64,000 nucleotides of DNA from Octopus sinensis (GCF_006345805.1 NC_043005.1:108996001-109060000); one strand, 5' to 3'; shown: positions 26,856 through 39,604, numbered from the stretch's first letter. A program made the numbers and translations. Notes: generated by a model from the letters alone, not told the origin.

Positions 26856-27619
26856 CAGCATCCACCTGTTGAAATCACAGCAAACACTGAAGCATGATGG
26901 AGACTTGAGACCCATCAGATCCAGTCAGACTGTGCAACTCATGCCAACATGGAAGACAGACGTTGAAGAAATGATAATGAGGAGGAGGAAGATGATTATG
27001 ATACACATGAAGTGTGTGTACATATATCTATACACACGTATGAACATACACTGGGAGAATTGTACTTTTGTATATAACTTTATTTGTTAGCCTATAATAA
27101 ACATGTATATGCATTTATAAACTTAGAGCTTAGTTTTTTGTATGCATGTATATTAATATCTACGCTCAAATGCTCGTATATAATACATAATATATATAGG
27201 TATATATATGTGTTTGTGTGCATGTGCATACATATATAATATGTATAATATATATATATATCAGACGTACACATACACCTATATCTATTGGGTTCTTTTT
27301 ATGCAAGACTATCCTGAGAATATGTTTTTATCTGATCTGCTTGCATTTCAAATCTATATTTTCCAAACTCTTTTCAACTCCTGCCCTCTACCTTTCGACC
27401 AATATTATTATTGTTTTCATTATTACAATTTTGAACGTTGTTATCTATATTACTTCTATTAACAGTATTATTATTATTATTGCTACTACTACCACTATAT
27501 CTACTATTTTATTATTTATATTATGATAACCATTTTTCTTTGTTTCGAATATTTTTTTAGACATCATTGTATTTTTATGGCTTTTTCCCTGTTACTTTAG
27601 AATATATTATCCTTTCTCT

Positions 27620-27736
27620 CTCCCCCTCTCTCCCTCTCTCTCTCTCTCTTCTATATATATAACTATTATATACTATATATAATATATATATATATATTAT
27701 ATATATATATATATATATACACATATATATTCTATT

Positions 27737-27767
<31 letters not shown>

Positions 27768-27845
27768 TATATATATGTATGTATATGTTGATATATGTAT
27801 TTATGTTTCACACAGATATATAGTTTTTATCTATATGTATATATA

Positions 27846-27888
<43 letters not shown>

Positions 27889-28514
27889 TAATTTATACTT
27901 TTTATTTGTGGACACACGTTATCCATACTTATTTTTCTTATGTTAATTTTGTGACTATATTTTATATTTTATATTTTATATTTATTATTGTACGTTATTG
28001 TTGTTCTTGATCTTTTTTTGCTTGTTTATTATTTTGTTCTTTTGCTTCCTTATATTTCACTCTGTTATTTTTCAATAACATCTGTTAATGTAGCAATAGA
28101 AGAGGAAAAGAAAGAAAGAAAGAGATGAACCTGGAAAAAGCAAAAGAAAAAAATGGGAAAGAAAATGATGTAAAAAATAAAAAAAGAAAGAAAATAGAAA
28201 TGAAATTATATCCAAACAAGAATGGATGGGAAAAGTTGAAAAAAAAATAATACAGTAGACTATCAATTGATCCATAAATATAACCAGCATGTATATAAAA
28301 TATCAGGTATATATAAAGAAATAATAAATAAACAACTATATATATATATATATTGTATATATATATATATAATATATATATATATATCATATATATTATA
28401 TATATATATATATATTATATATATACATATATAATATATATATATATATATCTATACATATATATATATATACTCTATATATCTATATCTATCTAATATC
28501 TATATCTATATATA

Positions 28515-28556
<42 letters not shown>

Positions 28557-28756
28557 GGTGTGTGTGTATATATGTATATATGTACATATATATATTTATA
28601 TATGTATGTATGTATGTATATATATATATATTTATATGTATATATGTATATACATGTGTGTGTGTCTTATATATATATTATATATATATCGATATATGTA
28701 ATATACATATTGAATACATACAATATATTTATAGTATGTATAGTATTATGCGGTAT

Positions 28757-28810
<54 letters not shown>

Positions 28811-28830
28811 TAGATAATATATAATATATA
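27620..28830. repeat. Degenerate (TA)n-rich low-complexity block
   Basis: Direct reading. Confidence 0.9.
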
Positions 28831-29144
28831 TATACGATGGACTTTCCAGTTGGTTTCGACATATGAGGATCTGACAACCTGTTCTTTTTGTCAGTTATAA
28901 TGCTTATGTTGAATGTGGCATTTAAGTCCCCCCAATGATTTTCAGAAGAGCCCACAGATCCTGAAAGTATGAGGATTACAGGTCAGTGCAGGTGGTATAT
29001 TTGCGGCTGCTTTTCTCCTTTGCCTTGCACCCCAAAAGCCTGTCAATGCTGGTTGCAACAAAGCTTCTAATACCGTTTTGACACAACAATCTCCATATAT
29101 ACATGCACATATATACACACATACATATATGGGTGTATATTATC

Positions 29145-29340
29145 ATCATCATCATCGTCATCATCGTTTAACGTCTATTTTCCATGCTGGCATGGGTTGG
29201 AGGGTTTGACAAGAGCTGGCTACCTACCTTGTCTGTTTTGGCATGGTTTTTTATGGATGAATGCCCTTTCCTAACACCAAACTTTACAGAGTGTACTGGA
29301 TACGTTTCTCAGCAGTAGCATGGGATCATATTTAGCACCA
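29145..29340 (-). mobile_element. Family C RTE-type tail fragment
   Basis: (CAT)n then cgtttaacgtctattttccatgctggcatgggttgg. Confidence 0.75.
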
Positions 29341-29387
29341 GTACAAGTGCTTTGTACGTGATATATGTATATGAGTATATATATAGT

Positions 29388-29438
<51 letters not shown>

Positions 29439-29477
29439 CATATATATATATATATATACTATACATATATATATTAA

Positions 29478-29858
29478 TAGGAGCACTCCGTCGGTTACGA
29501 CGATGAGGGTTCCGGTTGATCCGAATCAACGGAACAGCCTGCTCGTGAAAATTAACGTGGTATGGCTGAGCACTCCACAGACACGTGCACCCTAATGTAG
29601 TTCTCGGGGATATTCAAATGACACAGAGAGTGACAAGGCCGGCCCTTTGAAATACAGGTACAACAGAAACAGGAAGAAAGAGTGAGAGAAAGTTGTGGTG
29701 AAAGAGTACAGCAGGGTTCACCACCATCCCCTGCCGGAGCCTCGTGGAGCTTTAGGTGTTTTCGCTCAATAAACACTCACAATGCCCGGTCTGGGAATCG
29801 AAACCGCGATCCTACGACTGCGAGTCCGCTGCTCTAACCACTGGGCCATTGCACCTCC
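29478..29858 (-). mobile_element. Young-looking tRNA-derived SINE (distinct family)
   Basis: Minus strand ggaggtgcaaTGGCCCAGTGGttagagcagcggactcgcagtcgtaggatcgcgGTTTCGATTCCc: intact A and B boxes, CpGs preserved, non-tRNA body follows. Confidence 0.8.
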
Positions 29859-30161
29859 ACATATATATATATATACATATATATATACGCATATATACAT
29901 ATGTATATATATATATATATATCTGCTAACATTTTTTTAAACTAACTTAATAGCATTCAGTTAATCACTATACATATCCATCATTTTCTGTTAAAATGTC
30001 TTATTGACGAATTTCATTGCTTCACTTCCCTGAAGAGAAGATTACATTGCTTTACACCATTTTATTCCTTTGGAATAATACCAGTGATATCTTCGAAACA
30101 TATGTTGGAAGTAAAAGAATTTGAATAACATCTGTGTTTAACACCATTTATTTATTTACAA

Positions 30162-30366
30162 ATGTGACCTCGTGTGTACCGTTGGTTATTTTTTTCCTCT
30201 GTCTTCCCTTCTCTGGATCTTTCCTTCTCCTATGTTTCCGACGAAGAGCTCCGCTCGAAACGTTAAACACTCCTTCTTTCTTTCTTTCCTGAGCATCCAA
30301 TAATACTATATTTGTTCCACATCCTCGCATTGTTGTGTTTTTGGGGCTTTCTTGTTTGGATTAACT
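30162..30366 (+). mobile_element. Family D short HHR element
   Basis: HHR 30234-30268 gttt CCGACGA a gagc tcc gctc GAAAC GTT aaac (U4C change, perfect stem II). Confidence 0.8.
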
Positions 30367-30387
30367 TTATATATATATATATATATG

Positions 30388-30424
<37 letters not shown>

Positions 30425-30502
30425 ACACACACACATATATATATATGTATATATGTGCACATGTAATATATATATATATATTCTTTTTTATTCTTTCAGA
30501 TC

Positions 30503-31308
30503 ATGAAGCTAGTATGATCTGCTGGATGTGTAATGCTGGTGTGCATACACGACAGAGTGTAAGCACCCTGAGAGAATAGTTGGACATAAGAAACATCAAA
30601 TGTGGTGCGCAAGAGAGATGCTGCGCTGGTATGATCACGTGTTACATATGGATGAGGACAGCTGTGTGAAGAAGTGTCACACTCTGACATTGGAAGGAAC
30701 CTGTGCAAGAGGTAGACCCAGGAAGACATGGGAAGAGGTGGGGAAGCATGACCTTTGAACGTTGGGTCTCAAAGAGGCAATGACAAGGGATCGAGACCTT
30801 TGGATATATGCTGTGATTGAGAAGACTGGTAAGTAAAGTGCAATTGCAACCATGGCTGATGCAAGTGTTGCACGACCGGCCCATTTAAAAGTACCTTCAA
30901 AGCATCGAACAATATGATGCACTTGAGAAGACCTGTTGAGTCAAGTGAAATCAAAATTGTAGTTGTGGCCAGTGCTACCTGACTGGTTCCCATGCTGGTG
31001 GCACATAATAAGCACCATTCAAGTGTGGAACAATGCTACTTCCACCTGACTGGCTCCCCATGCTAGTGGTATGTAAAAAGCACCATCCGAACGTGGTTGA
31101 TGCCAGTGACCCCTGACTGGATCCTGTGCCGGTGGCATGTAAAAAGCATCCACTACATTCTTAGAGTGGTTGGCATTAGGAAGAGCATCCAGCTGTTGAA
31201 ACATTCCCAGATAAGATTGGGGCCTGGTGCAGCCCACTGGCTTACCAGACCTCAGTCAAACCGTCCAACCCATGCCAGCATGAAAGCGGGCATTAAACAA
31301 CAATGATG

Positions 31309-31310
<2 letters not shown>
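30503..31310 (+). mobile_element. 5'-truncated RTE LINE: ORF end plus family C 3' UTR
   Basis: EASMICWMCN…LRWYDHVLHMDEDSCVKKCHTLTLEGTCARGRPRKTWEEV…MTRDRDLWIYAVIEKT, then subrepeat array and ccaacccatgccagcatg…atgatgat tail. Confidence 0.85.
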
Positions 31311-31340
<30 letters not shown>

Positions 31341-31490
31341 CTTTATTTAAAGCAGCAGAAGATTCAACAAAATCTGTCAGATTTTGTTGAATTTTCTGCT
31401 GCTTTAAATAAAGCATATTACTCTACCACTGGTATTTGTTTGAGTACTCTTTTTTCCACCTTGTTTCACATTTATGTGTTTACTCCGGTA
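31341..31490. mobile_element. Palindrome-headed short element flanked by (TA)n, related to family X, HHR core absent
   Basis: 36-bp arms ctttatttaaagcagcagaagattcaacaaaatctg|t|cagattttgttgaattttctgctgctttaaataaag; tail shares ttactct…tatt…gagtac with family X. Confidence 0.6.
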
Positions 31491-32020
31491 TATATATATA
31501 TATACACACATATTTATAATAGATACAATTTGTATGATAAATACATATATATATACATAAAGTCTAATAATGAAATCAAAGTAAATAAAGATATTTTGAA
31601 ATCATTTAATACATACATTTCAAATATGTATAGTGTATTATAGGAAATGCATTCACTTAGAAAGCCCTTCCTCAGAATATTTTAAAATTATTTTGAAGTG
31701 TTTCAACTGAAGATGTTGCACAGTGGATGATTCCCTATTATATACTACACAGACTTGAAACCATTCTATTAAATAACGTCAAAATATCACTATTTGCTTT
31801 TGATCTCAGTATTGCACTTATACAACTTGATGCTGGTACTAACTAACCGGTCCAAAAACCAATTACGAGGATGCTCTAAGAATGATTAGGAGAAATTTGC
31901 TATATTTGACTTGAGTCCAAAATGTTGGTGCAATGCATTGCTTTTAAGTATAACATGAAATAAGGTGATCCTCCAGCATGGCCACAGTCAAATGACTGAA
32001 ACAAGTAAGAGAATATTCAG

Positions 32021-32470
32021 AGGTGCAGGTGTGACTGTGTAGTAAGAAGCTTAGTAAGGGTGGTGAGCTGGCAGAAACGTTAGAACGCTGGGCGAGATGC
32101 TTAATAGTATTTCGTCTATCTTTACATTCTGAGTTCAAATTCCGCTGAGGTCGACTTTGCCGTTCATCTTTTCGGGGTCGATAAATTAAGTACCAGCTAC
32201 GCACTGGGGTCGATATAATCGACTTAATACGTTTGTCTGTCCTTGTTTGTCCCCTCTGTGTGCAATAAATATTGTGGGCAATAAAGAAATAAGAAGCTTG
32301 CTTCCCAACCGACCAAAGCCTTGTGAGTGGATTTGGTAGAAAGAAAGTGAAAGAAGCCTGTTGTATGTGTGTGTGTATGTGTGTGTGTGTGTGTGTGTGT
32401 GCGCGTGTTTGTGTCTGTGTTTGTCCCTACATCACCACTTGACAACTGGTGTTGGTGTGTTTATGTCCCC
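32021..32470 (+). mobile_element. SINE family A interrupted by a family B insertion
   Basis: Head at 32021-32052 resumes at 32290 after the nested element. Confidence 0.75.
32053..32289 (+). mobile_element. SINE family B nested in SINE-A, 10-bp TSD
   Basis: TSD taagaagctt at 32043-32052 and 32290-32299. Confidence 0.9.
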
Positions 32471-32929
32471 TAAGAGGATGGGTATTCTTTCTCTGACAAA
32501 GGTTGAAGAAGTCTAGAAATTAATCAATACTTATCCACTTTTTCTGTGAATGGCAAGATCAAATCTATTTACTTACAACCATGTATGTTGAAACACACAC
32601 ACACACACGCATACACACACTCACTCACACGCAAACACACACACACACACACACACAGATGCACTCATATATTTTGTGTATTTATTTATTCTTCCGTTTA
32701 TTGCACCACTGTATCTACTGTTTGTTTCTCATGTAAACTTCTCACTAGTAATGGTATTCCGTTTCCAAGAGTTTCTCTGAAATATTATAGTTTTGCTTCA
32801 AGGAGAATACACACGTACATACACACACAGACACACACACACACCACTCTCATGAATGTGTGTGTTATATATATATATATATATATACACACTTACATAT
32901 AAATAAATATATATATATTTATATCTGTA

Positions 32930-33033
32930 TATCTATCTATCTCTCTATCCCTCTCTATGTATAAATATATTTATACATATGTGTGTGTGTGTGTGTGAGT
33001 GTAGATGGATGGATAGATAGGTATAGATAATAT

Positions 33034-33069
<36 letters not shown>

Positions 33070-33124
33070 CATAGATAGATAGACAGATAGATAGATAGAC
33101 AGACAGACATACAGATAGATAGAT

Positions 33125-33160
<36 letters not shown>

Positions 33161-33250
33161 ATAGAGAGAGAGAGAGAGGGAGAGAGATAGATAGAAAGAT
33201 AGATAGATAGAGATAGATAGATAGAGATAGACAGATAGATAGATAGATAT
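32930..33250. repeat. (GATA)n/(GA)n microsatellite
   Basis: Direct reading. Confidence 0.95.
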
Positions 33251-33618
33251 ATACATATATTCTTATAAAAACAAATCTATATTCAAATGTACCTAAATAT
33301 GTATGTATATGCATGCACACTTACATAAATAAATATTGGCTACTATATTTGTGAATATTTGTTTAAATATTTTTGGTCTTTGTGTTGTTCCTGTAATGAA
33401 AGAAAAACAGATAAGAAAATTATTTTTAAATCATTCACCTTTATCTTCTCATCATTGTCATCGTTGTGACTCTGATCACTACCATAATGATAATCTTTAT
33501 TTTATTAGCCACAAGGACTCAAAGAAGTCCAAATTATACAAATCGTTTACTGTACTTTACAAAGAAAGGAGAACGTCGAATAAAAAGAAAAGGGAATGAG
33601 TATGAAAATTTAAACATA

Positions 33619-34008
33619 GGCGCAGGAGTGGCTGTGTGGTAAGTAGCTTGCTTACCAACCACACGGTTCTGAGTTCAGACCCACTGCGTGGCACCTTGGA
33701 CAAGTGTCTTCTACTATCGCCTCGGGCCGACCAGAGCCTTGTGAGTGGATTTGGTAGACAGAAACTGAAAGAAGCCCGTCATATATATGTGTGTGTGTAT
33801 GTTTGTGTCTGTGTCTGTCCCCCTAGCATTGCTTGACCACCGATGCTGGTGTGTTTATGTCCCCGTCACTTAGCGGTTCAGCAAAAGAGACCGATAGAAT
33901 AAGTACTGGGCTTACAAAGAATAAGTCCTGGGGTCGATTTGCTCAATTGAAGGCGGTGCTCCAGCATGGCCACAGTCAAATGACTGAAACAAGTAAAAGA
34001 GTAAAGAG
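33619..34008 (+). mobile_element. SINE family A full length (first of a tandem pair)
   Basis: Complete head to tail. Confidence 0.9.
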
Positions 34009-34011
34009 TAT

Positions 34012-34405
34012 AGGCGCAGGATGGCTGTGTGATAAGTAGCTTGCTTACCAACCACATGGTTCCAGGTTCAGTCCCACTGTGTGGCACCTTTGGCAAGTGT
34101 CTTCTACTATAGCCTCGGGCCGACCAAAGCCTTGTGAGTGGATTTGGTAGACGGAAACTGAAAGAAGCCCATCGTATATATGTATATATATGTATATATG
34201 TATGTGTGTGTACATGTTTGTGTGTCTGTGTTTGTCCCCACAACATCGCTTGACAATGGATGCTGGTGTGTTTACGTCGCTGTAATTTAGCGGTTCGGCA
34301 AAAGAGACTGATAGAATAAGTACTAAGCTTACAAAGAATAAGTCCTGGGGTCAATTTGCTTGACTAAAGGTGGTGCTCCAGCATGGCCACAATCAAATGA
34401 CTGAA
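34012..34405 (+). mobile_element. SINE family A (second of the head-to-tail pair)
   Basis: Head begins 3-4 nt after the previous tail. Confidence 0.9.
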
Positions 34406-34834
34406 GCCTGCTTTTATCCTTAATTTCTGTGATTTTTCTTCTTTTTTCTAACGTATATTCACCTGTAATCATTTCTTTCTTATCACTCAATGGTGTGATA
34501 CGATAGGTTGATACTGTTAAGGGACAAATATTTGATCCTTTACTTGGGATACATAAGCTAAAGACGTCCCTTAAGTTTTGACTTACGATTCTCTGAAAAC
34601 AGGGTTTTTTTGGAGGTTTTTTATGTTGTTGTTGATGCTCTTTATTTTCATTTCACTTATCTTCCCAGTTCTATTGGGCATTCAGCTCCATGTATAACAA
34701 TTAAGCTTTCTAACTTGTACTACTACATCTCTAGTGTTAGAAGCTGTGCAAAGGCAATAATAATAATAATAATAATAATAATATTAACAATAATAATAAT
34801 AATGATAATAATAATGATGATGATGATGATGATG

Positions 34835-34889
<55 letters not shown>

Positions 34890-34901
34890 TGATAATAATA
34901 A

Positions 34902-34932
<31 letters not shown>

Positions 34933-34939
34933 AATAAAG

Positions 34940-35400
34940 ATCAGACAAAAATGATGTGTTTATTAATTGACATGAGTATTCCTTGCGATCACAATATAGC
35001 AGCGAAAGAATTTGACAAGATCAGTAAATATAAAGACTTGGTAATAGAAATTGAAAAAATGTGGCATCTCAAGGCAACTACAGTACCAGTGATTGTAGGG
35101 TCTCTAGGAATGATAAAAAAAAGGTACTTAAACCTATTTGAAAATGATACTAGGCTTACCATCCCTACAGGAAGTGCAAAAAATCGTATTAACTGGAACA
35201 GGTCATGTACTGAGAACAGCATTATCACTGTGAAAACAACATCCATTCATGTATCTATTTATTTATTAATTTTTAAATACATATTTTATCTGTGAATTTG
35301 CGCATGTAATCTGGGTATGCATACAATGAGCTTCTCTGCCCTAGGTGTATGGAAAACACTCGGTGAGGAACGGAAGAAAATTTGAAGGAAGCAGGAAAAA
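34940..35400 (+). mobile_element. R4/Dong-type LINE 3' end (restriction-like endonuclease) inside (TAA)n
   Basis: LLIDMSIPCDHNIAAKEFDKISKYKDLVIEIEKMWHLKATTVPVIVGSLGMIKK; flanked both sides by (AAT)n. Confidence 0.8.
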
Positions 35401-35411
35401 ACATAATAATG

Positions 35412-35443
<32 letters not shown>

Positions 35444-35444
35444 T

Positions 35445-35635
35445 TTTTTGTCCAATTTTGGCACAAGGCCAATGATTTTAGGGGAGGGGATAAGATGACT
35501 ACATTGACCCCAATGCTCGACTGGTACTTATTTCATCGACCCCCTGATGAAATGATGAAAGATAAAGTTGTCCTCTGTGGGGATTTGAACTCATAACATA
35601 TAGACTGACAAAATGCTGCTAACCTGTTCTGCCAA
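35445..35635 (-). mobile_element. SINE family B variant
   Basis: cattgacccc…ctggtacttatttcatcgacccc…gatgaaag…ggatttgaactc. Confidence 0.65.
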
Positions 35636-35646
35636 TAATAATAATA

Positions 35647-35693
<47 letters not shown>

Positions 35694-36419
35694 GATGACA
35701 AAAACAACAACAACAGTAGTAGCTTTCATCATCATCATTGCTAGTGTCAAATATACAGAAAATTACATCAATAACCAGCACATTCACTTCATATTTAAAG
35801 AATGTCATTGGGAAGGATCAAGCTTTGAATACTTAACCCTCCACCACCACCGTCCCCTGTTATCTTAATCTTTGTCTTTATCCAGTGCCTCTTTTACCAT
35901 TTCATAACCTTATATGAAACAGTTTTCTCACATAGACACCTGTTTCTCATAAATAAGATCACTATTCATGTATTCTCTTTCCTTCACTAATGTCCATGCT
36001 ATACTTTCCCAATTGGTCTTTTACACTATAATACGATTGATCTTGTCGTATGAGAACTGATAGTGAATCCACTGTTTACACAGGGCCATCAAGATTTTAT
36101 TATATCGGTCAGTACTAATGACTGGTCCCCATCTGCATGATCAGATGTACAGTCACACACATTGTGAATGGCCATCTTGTGCGGTCATACTTCTAATGAT
36201 CCAAATAGCATAGTTACATCCCACTGATCAGACTGTATGTCAGCAGTCAATCGATCTGATTTTACCAGCATATTTTGATTGATCCAATTTACAGCCACAC
36301 TTTTTTTTTTATCACGTTGTGTGGTTACACTTTGATGGATCTGACTGCACAGTTACGCATTCATTGCCCCATATATACATATGTATGTTTGCATGTGTGT
36401 GTGCATGCTTCTATGTGTG

Positions 36420-36597
36420 GTGTGTGTGTGTGTGTACTCTGCAGAGTGGTTGGTGTTAGGAAGGGTATCCAGCCATAAAAACCATTCCAAAACAGACACA
36501 GAAGTCTGGTGCAGCCTTCTGCCTGGCCAGCACCTGTCAAACCGTCCAATCCATGCCAGCATGGAAAGTGACCCTTAAATGATGATGATGATGATAT
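36420..36597 (+). mobile_element. Family C tail
   Basis: gagtggttggtgttaggaagggtatccagcc…ccatgccagcatgg…aaatgatgatgat. Confidence 0.8.
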
Positions 36598-36599
36598 AT

Positions 36600-37010
36600 A
36601 CTCTTTTACTCTTTTACTTGCTTCAGTCATTTGACTGTGGCCATGCTGGAGCACCGCCTTTAGTCGAGCAAATCGACCCCAGGACTTATTCTTTGTAAGC
36701 CTAGTACTTATTCCATCGGTCTCTTTTGCCGAACTGCTAAGTAACAGTGACATAAAACACCAGCATCGGTTGTCAAGCGATGTTGGGGAGACAAACACAG
36801 ACACACAAACACAAACACACATACATATATATACATATACGTATATACGACAGGCTTCTTTCAGTTTCCGACTACCAAATCCACTCACAAGGATTTGGTC
36901 GGCCCGAGGCTATAGTAGAAGACACTTGCCCAAAGTGCCATGCAGTGGAACTGAACTCAGAACAATGTGGTTGGTAAGCAAGCTACTTACCACACAGCCA
37001 CTCCTACGCC
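36600..37010 (-). mobile_element. SINE family A full length
   Basis: Reverse complement, complete. Confidence 0.9.
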
Positions 37011-37362
37011 CATATACATATATATAAATACATATATATGTATGTGTGGTTCTTCTCGCATGTGTAAAGAGAAAGATAGATAGATAGGCAGATAGGTCTT
37101 CAAAAAACGTCTAGACAGTCTTTTATCTGCAATACTGTATGAACCCACATCATGGCAGGAGGCACACAGAAGAGCAGCAATGTCCAATTCACTGCTTCAC
37201 CAGAAGCAATACTGGAAAAATCCCCGGAATACAGTAAAGGCAGTGCACCAGCATGGCCTCAACCTCTGACTGAAATCCATTAAAGAATAAAAGAATAAAA
37301 GAATATATACATACATATATATGTATATATATATATATAGAGAGAGAGAGAGACAGAAAGAG

Positions 37363-37415
<53 letters not shown>

Positions 37416-37640
37416 TACATACATACATAGATATAAATATATACACATATATATACATATACATATATATATATATATATATATAGCTATAATATATATA
37501 TATATTTATATATATATATACATGCATACATAAATATATATAACATATACTATAACATCCTTTTGATATATATGTATATATATATATATATATATAGCAA
37601 TAATAATTCTCTAAATGAGATATAGACAGTAACTGCTCCA

Positions 37641-38190
37641 TAACATAAGGGACTAAAGCCATCTGAATATGGCTAGGGACAGGGCAGGGTGGTGGGGGTG
37701 TTACTGTTGCATTTAGCCCCAGGCGAACATCAACGTCGCCAGATAGGCTTGACACCATCACGGTGTCCTTTAACCTGCAAAGGGAGATAATTCCCCGATG
37801 AAGCGGAAACCACACACGGACCATGGTTTCAAGGTGTATTGCCTATCACATTTAGAGAATTATTATTGCTGTCGAACAGATTTTCGAAATCAGCAAATGT
37901 ATTTTGCTTGAAAATCTATATATGAATATCCTGCAGAGTGAGATTTCGTCGAGGGGAGGAGGGGAGCCTACCACAGTTGATGATAGGCAATACACCTTGA
38001 AACCATGGCCCGTGTGTGTGGTTTCCGCTTCATCGGGGAATTATCTCCCTTTGCAGGTTAAAGGACACCGTGATGGTGTCAAGCCTATCTGGCGACGTTG
38101 ATGTTCGCCTGGGGCTAAATGCAACAGTAACACCCCCACCACCCTGCCCTGTCCCTAGCGATATTCAGATGGCTTTAGTCCCTTATGTTA
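37641..38190. repeat. Long near-perfect inverted repeat (about 208-bp arms, 132-bp spacer) with an HHR-like motif at the inner end
   Basis: 37641-37848 is the reverse complement of 37981-38190 with only a few differences; 37972-38016 reads cacag TTGATGA t agg caataca cct t GAAAC catg GCC (GTC in the other arm). Confidence 0.9.
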
Positions 38191-38231
38191 TATATATATA
38201 TATATATATAATTAAGGGTTTATCTCTTTCT

Positions 38232-38365
38232 CTTTTACTTATTTCAGTTATTTGACTGTGGTCATGCGGGAGCACTGCCTTTAGTCGAGCAAATCGACCC
38301 CAGGACTTATTCTTTGTAAGCCTAGTACTTATTCTATCAGTCTCTTTTGCCGAAATGCTAAGTTA
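38232..38365 (-). mobile_element. SINE family A 3' half
   Basis: cttttacttatttcagttatttgactgtggtcatgcgggagcac…. Confidence 0.8.
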
Positions 38366-38649
38366 TATATATGATTTTCATACACACAATTGTGAAAGCA
38401 TTATTAATAGTTTCATGTTCTATGATACATTGATTGTCAGATTTATCAAACATGTCAGGTGTCTCCAAGGAATATTTCAAGCTTAGTTCTTTCTTTAGAT
38501 GTGTTTAAAAAGCAGAACATTGAGCTATGAGAAAACATGAGGGAAAAATGAGAAGAAAAATCTGAAAGAAGGTTGATGCAAGGAGTGAAACAAGAAGGAA
38601 AAAAGACCAAGATCTTCCTTTTCATAATTGATGTAGCTGGTACAGAATA

Positions 38650-38800
38650 ATATAACTCAACTGGTATTTATTTTATTCACCTGGAAAGGATAAAAGGAAA
38701 AGTCAACCTCAGTGAAATTTGAACTCAGAACATAAAGACATGAAATGCCACTTACCATTTTGTCTAACCTGCTAATGATTCTGCCAGCTCACTGCCTTAA
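38650..38800 (-). mobile_element. Old SINE family B fragment
   Basis: aagtcaacctcagtgaaatttgaactcagaac…gctaatgattctgccagctc. Confidence 0.6.
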
Positions 38801-39000
38801 TCCTATTCGTAGTGTCATCAAATACTGTATCATGGCTGGTATATTCTTCGATGTTCTACCATGGATGTTTCATCGGCATGCTTTGTATTTGATATTGAAA
38901 CATTTATACAATCACATTACTTTTGCTATCACATATGCCATATCATATATATACATATATATAATATATAATATATCTATATATATATATATATTATATA

Positions 39001-39388
39001 TAGTAGGTATTAGATGTTGTAGTAATAATGTGTTCTTTGTATTGTACGATTTGTGTTGTAGAGGAACACAAATCTCTTAGAGACAAGATGTTGTGTTGCT
39101 TCAATACAATAACTCTACATCAGTTTCAACATTATCACACTCGTTAGCTGTGATGGCATATTCAACAAATGACATGGCAGCCCTTTTTTGTTGTTACACA
39201 ATGACAGAAACATAGATTTGTACGAATATACAAATAGAGGCACATTAGTGTGCAGCTGGATAAGTGTGTAATGGCATATATATATATATATATTATATAT
39301 ATGTATATATATATACATGTATACTAATATAATACATACATACATATACATATAGACATATATACAATATACATATATGTATGTATGG

Positions 39389-39419
<31 letters not shown>

Positions 39420-39507
39420 GATACATATATACATATATACATATATACATATCTACATATATACATATATATATATGTATGTATGTATTGTACATATATA
39501 TATAATA

Positions 39508-39552
<45 letters not shown>

Positions 39553-39604
39553 TATAGATATATATATGTATGTATTTATACATATATATATATATAACAT
39601 ATAT

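Noticed and set aside
29780-29858. tRNA gene
   Set aside because: A/B boxes are present but the acceptor stem is not closed and a SINE body follows; same for 55785
34587-34592. 6-nt minus-strand microexon (ttttcag|AGAATC|gtaagt)
   Set aside because: Short pyrimidine tract; such matches are expected by chance in 64 kb of AT-rich DNA
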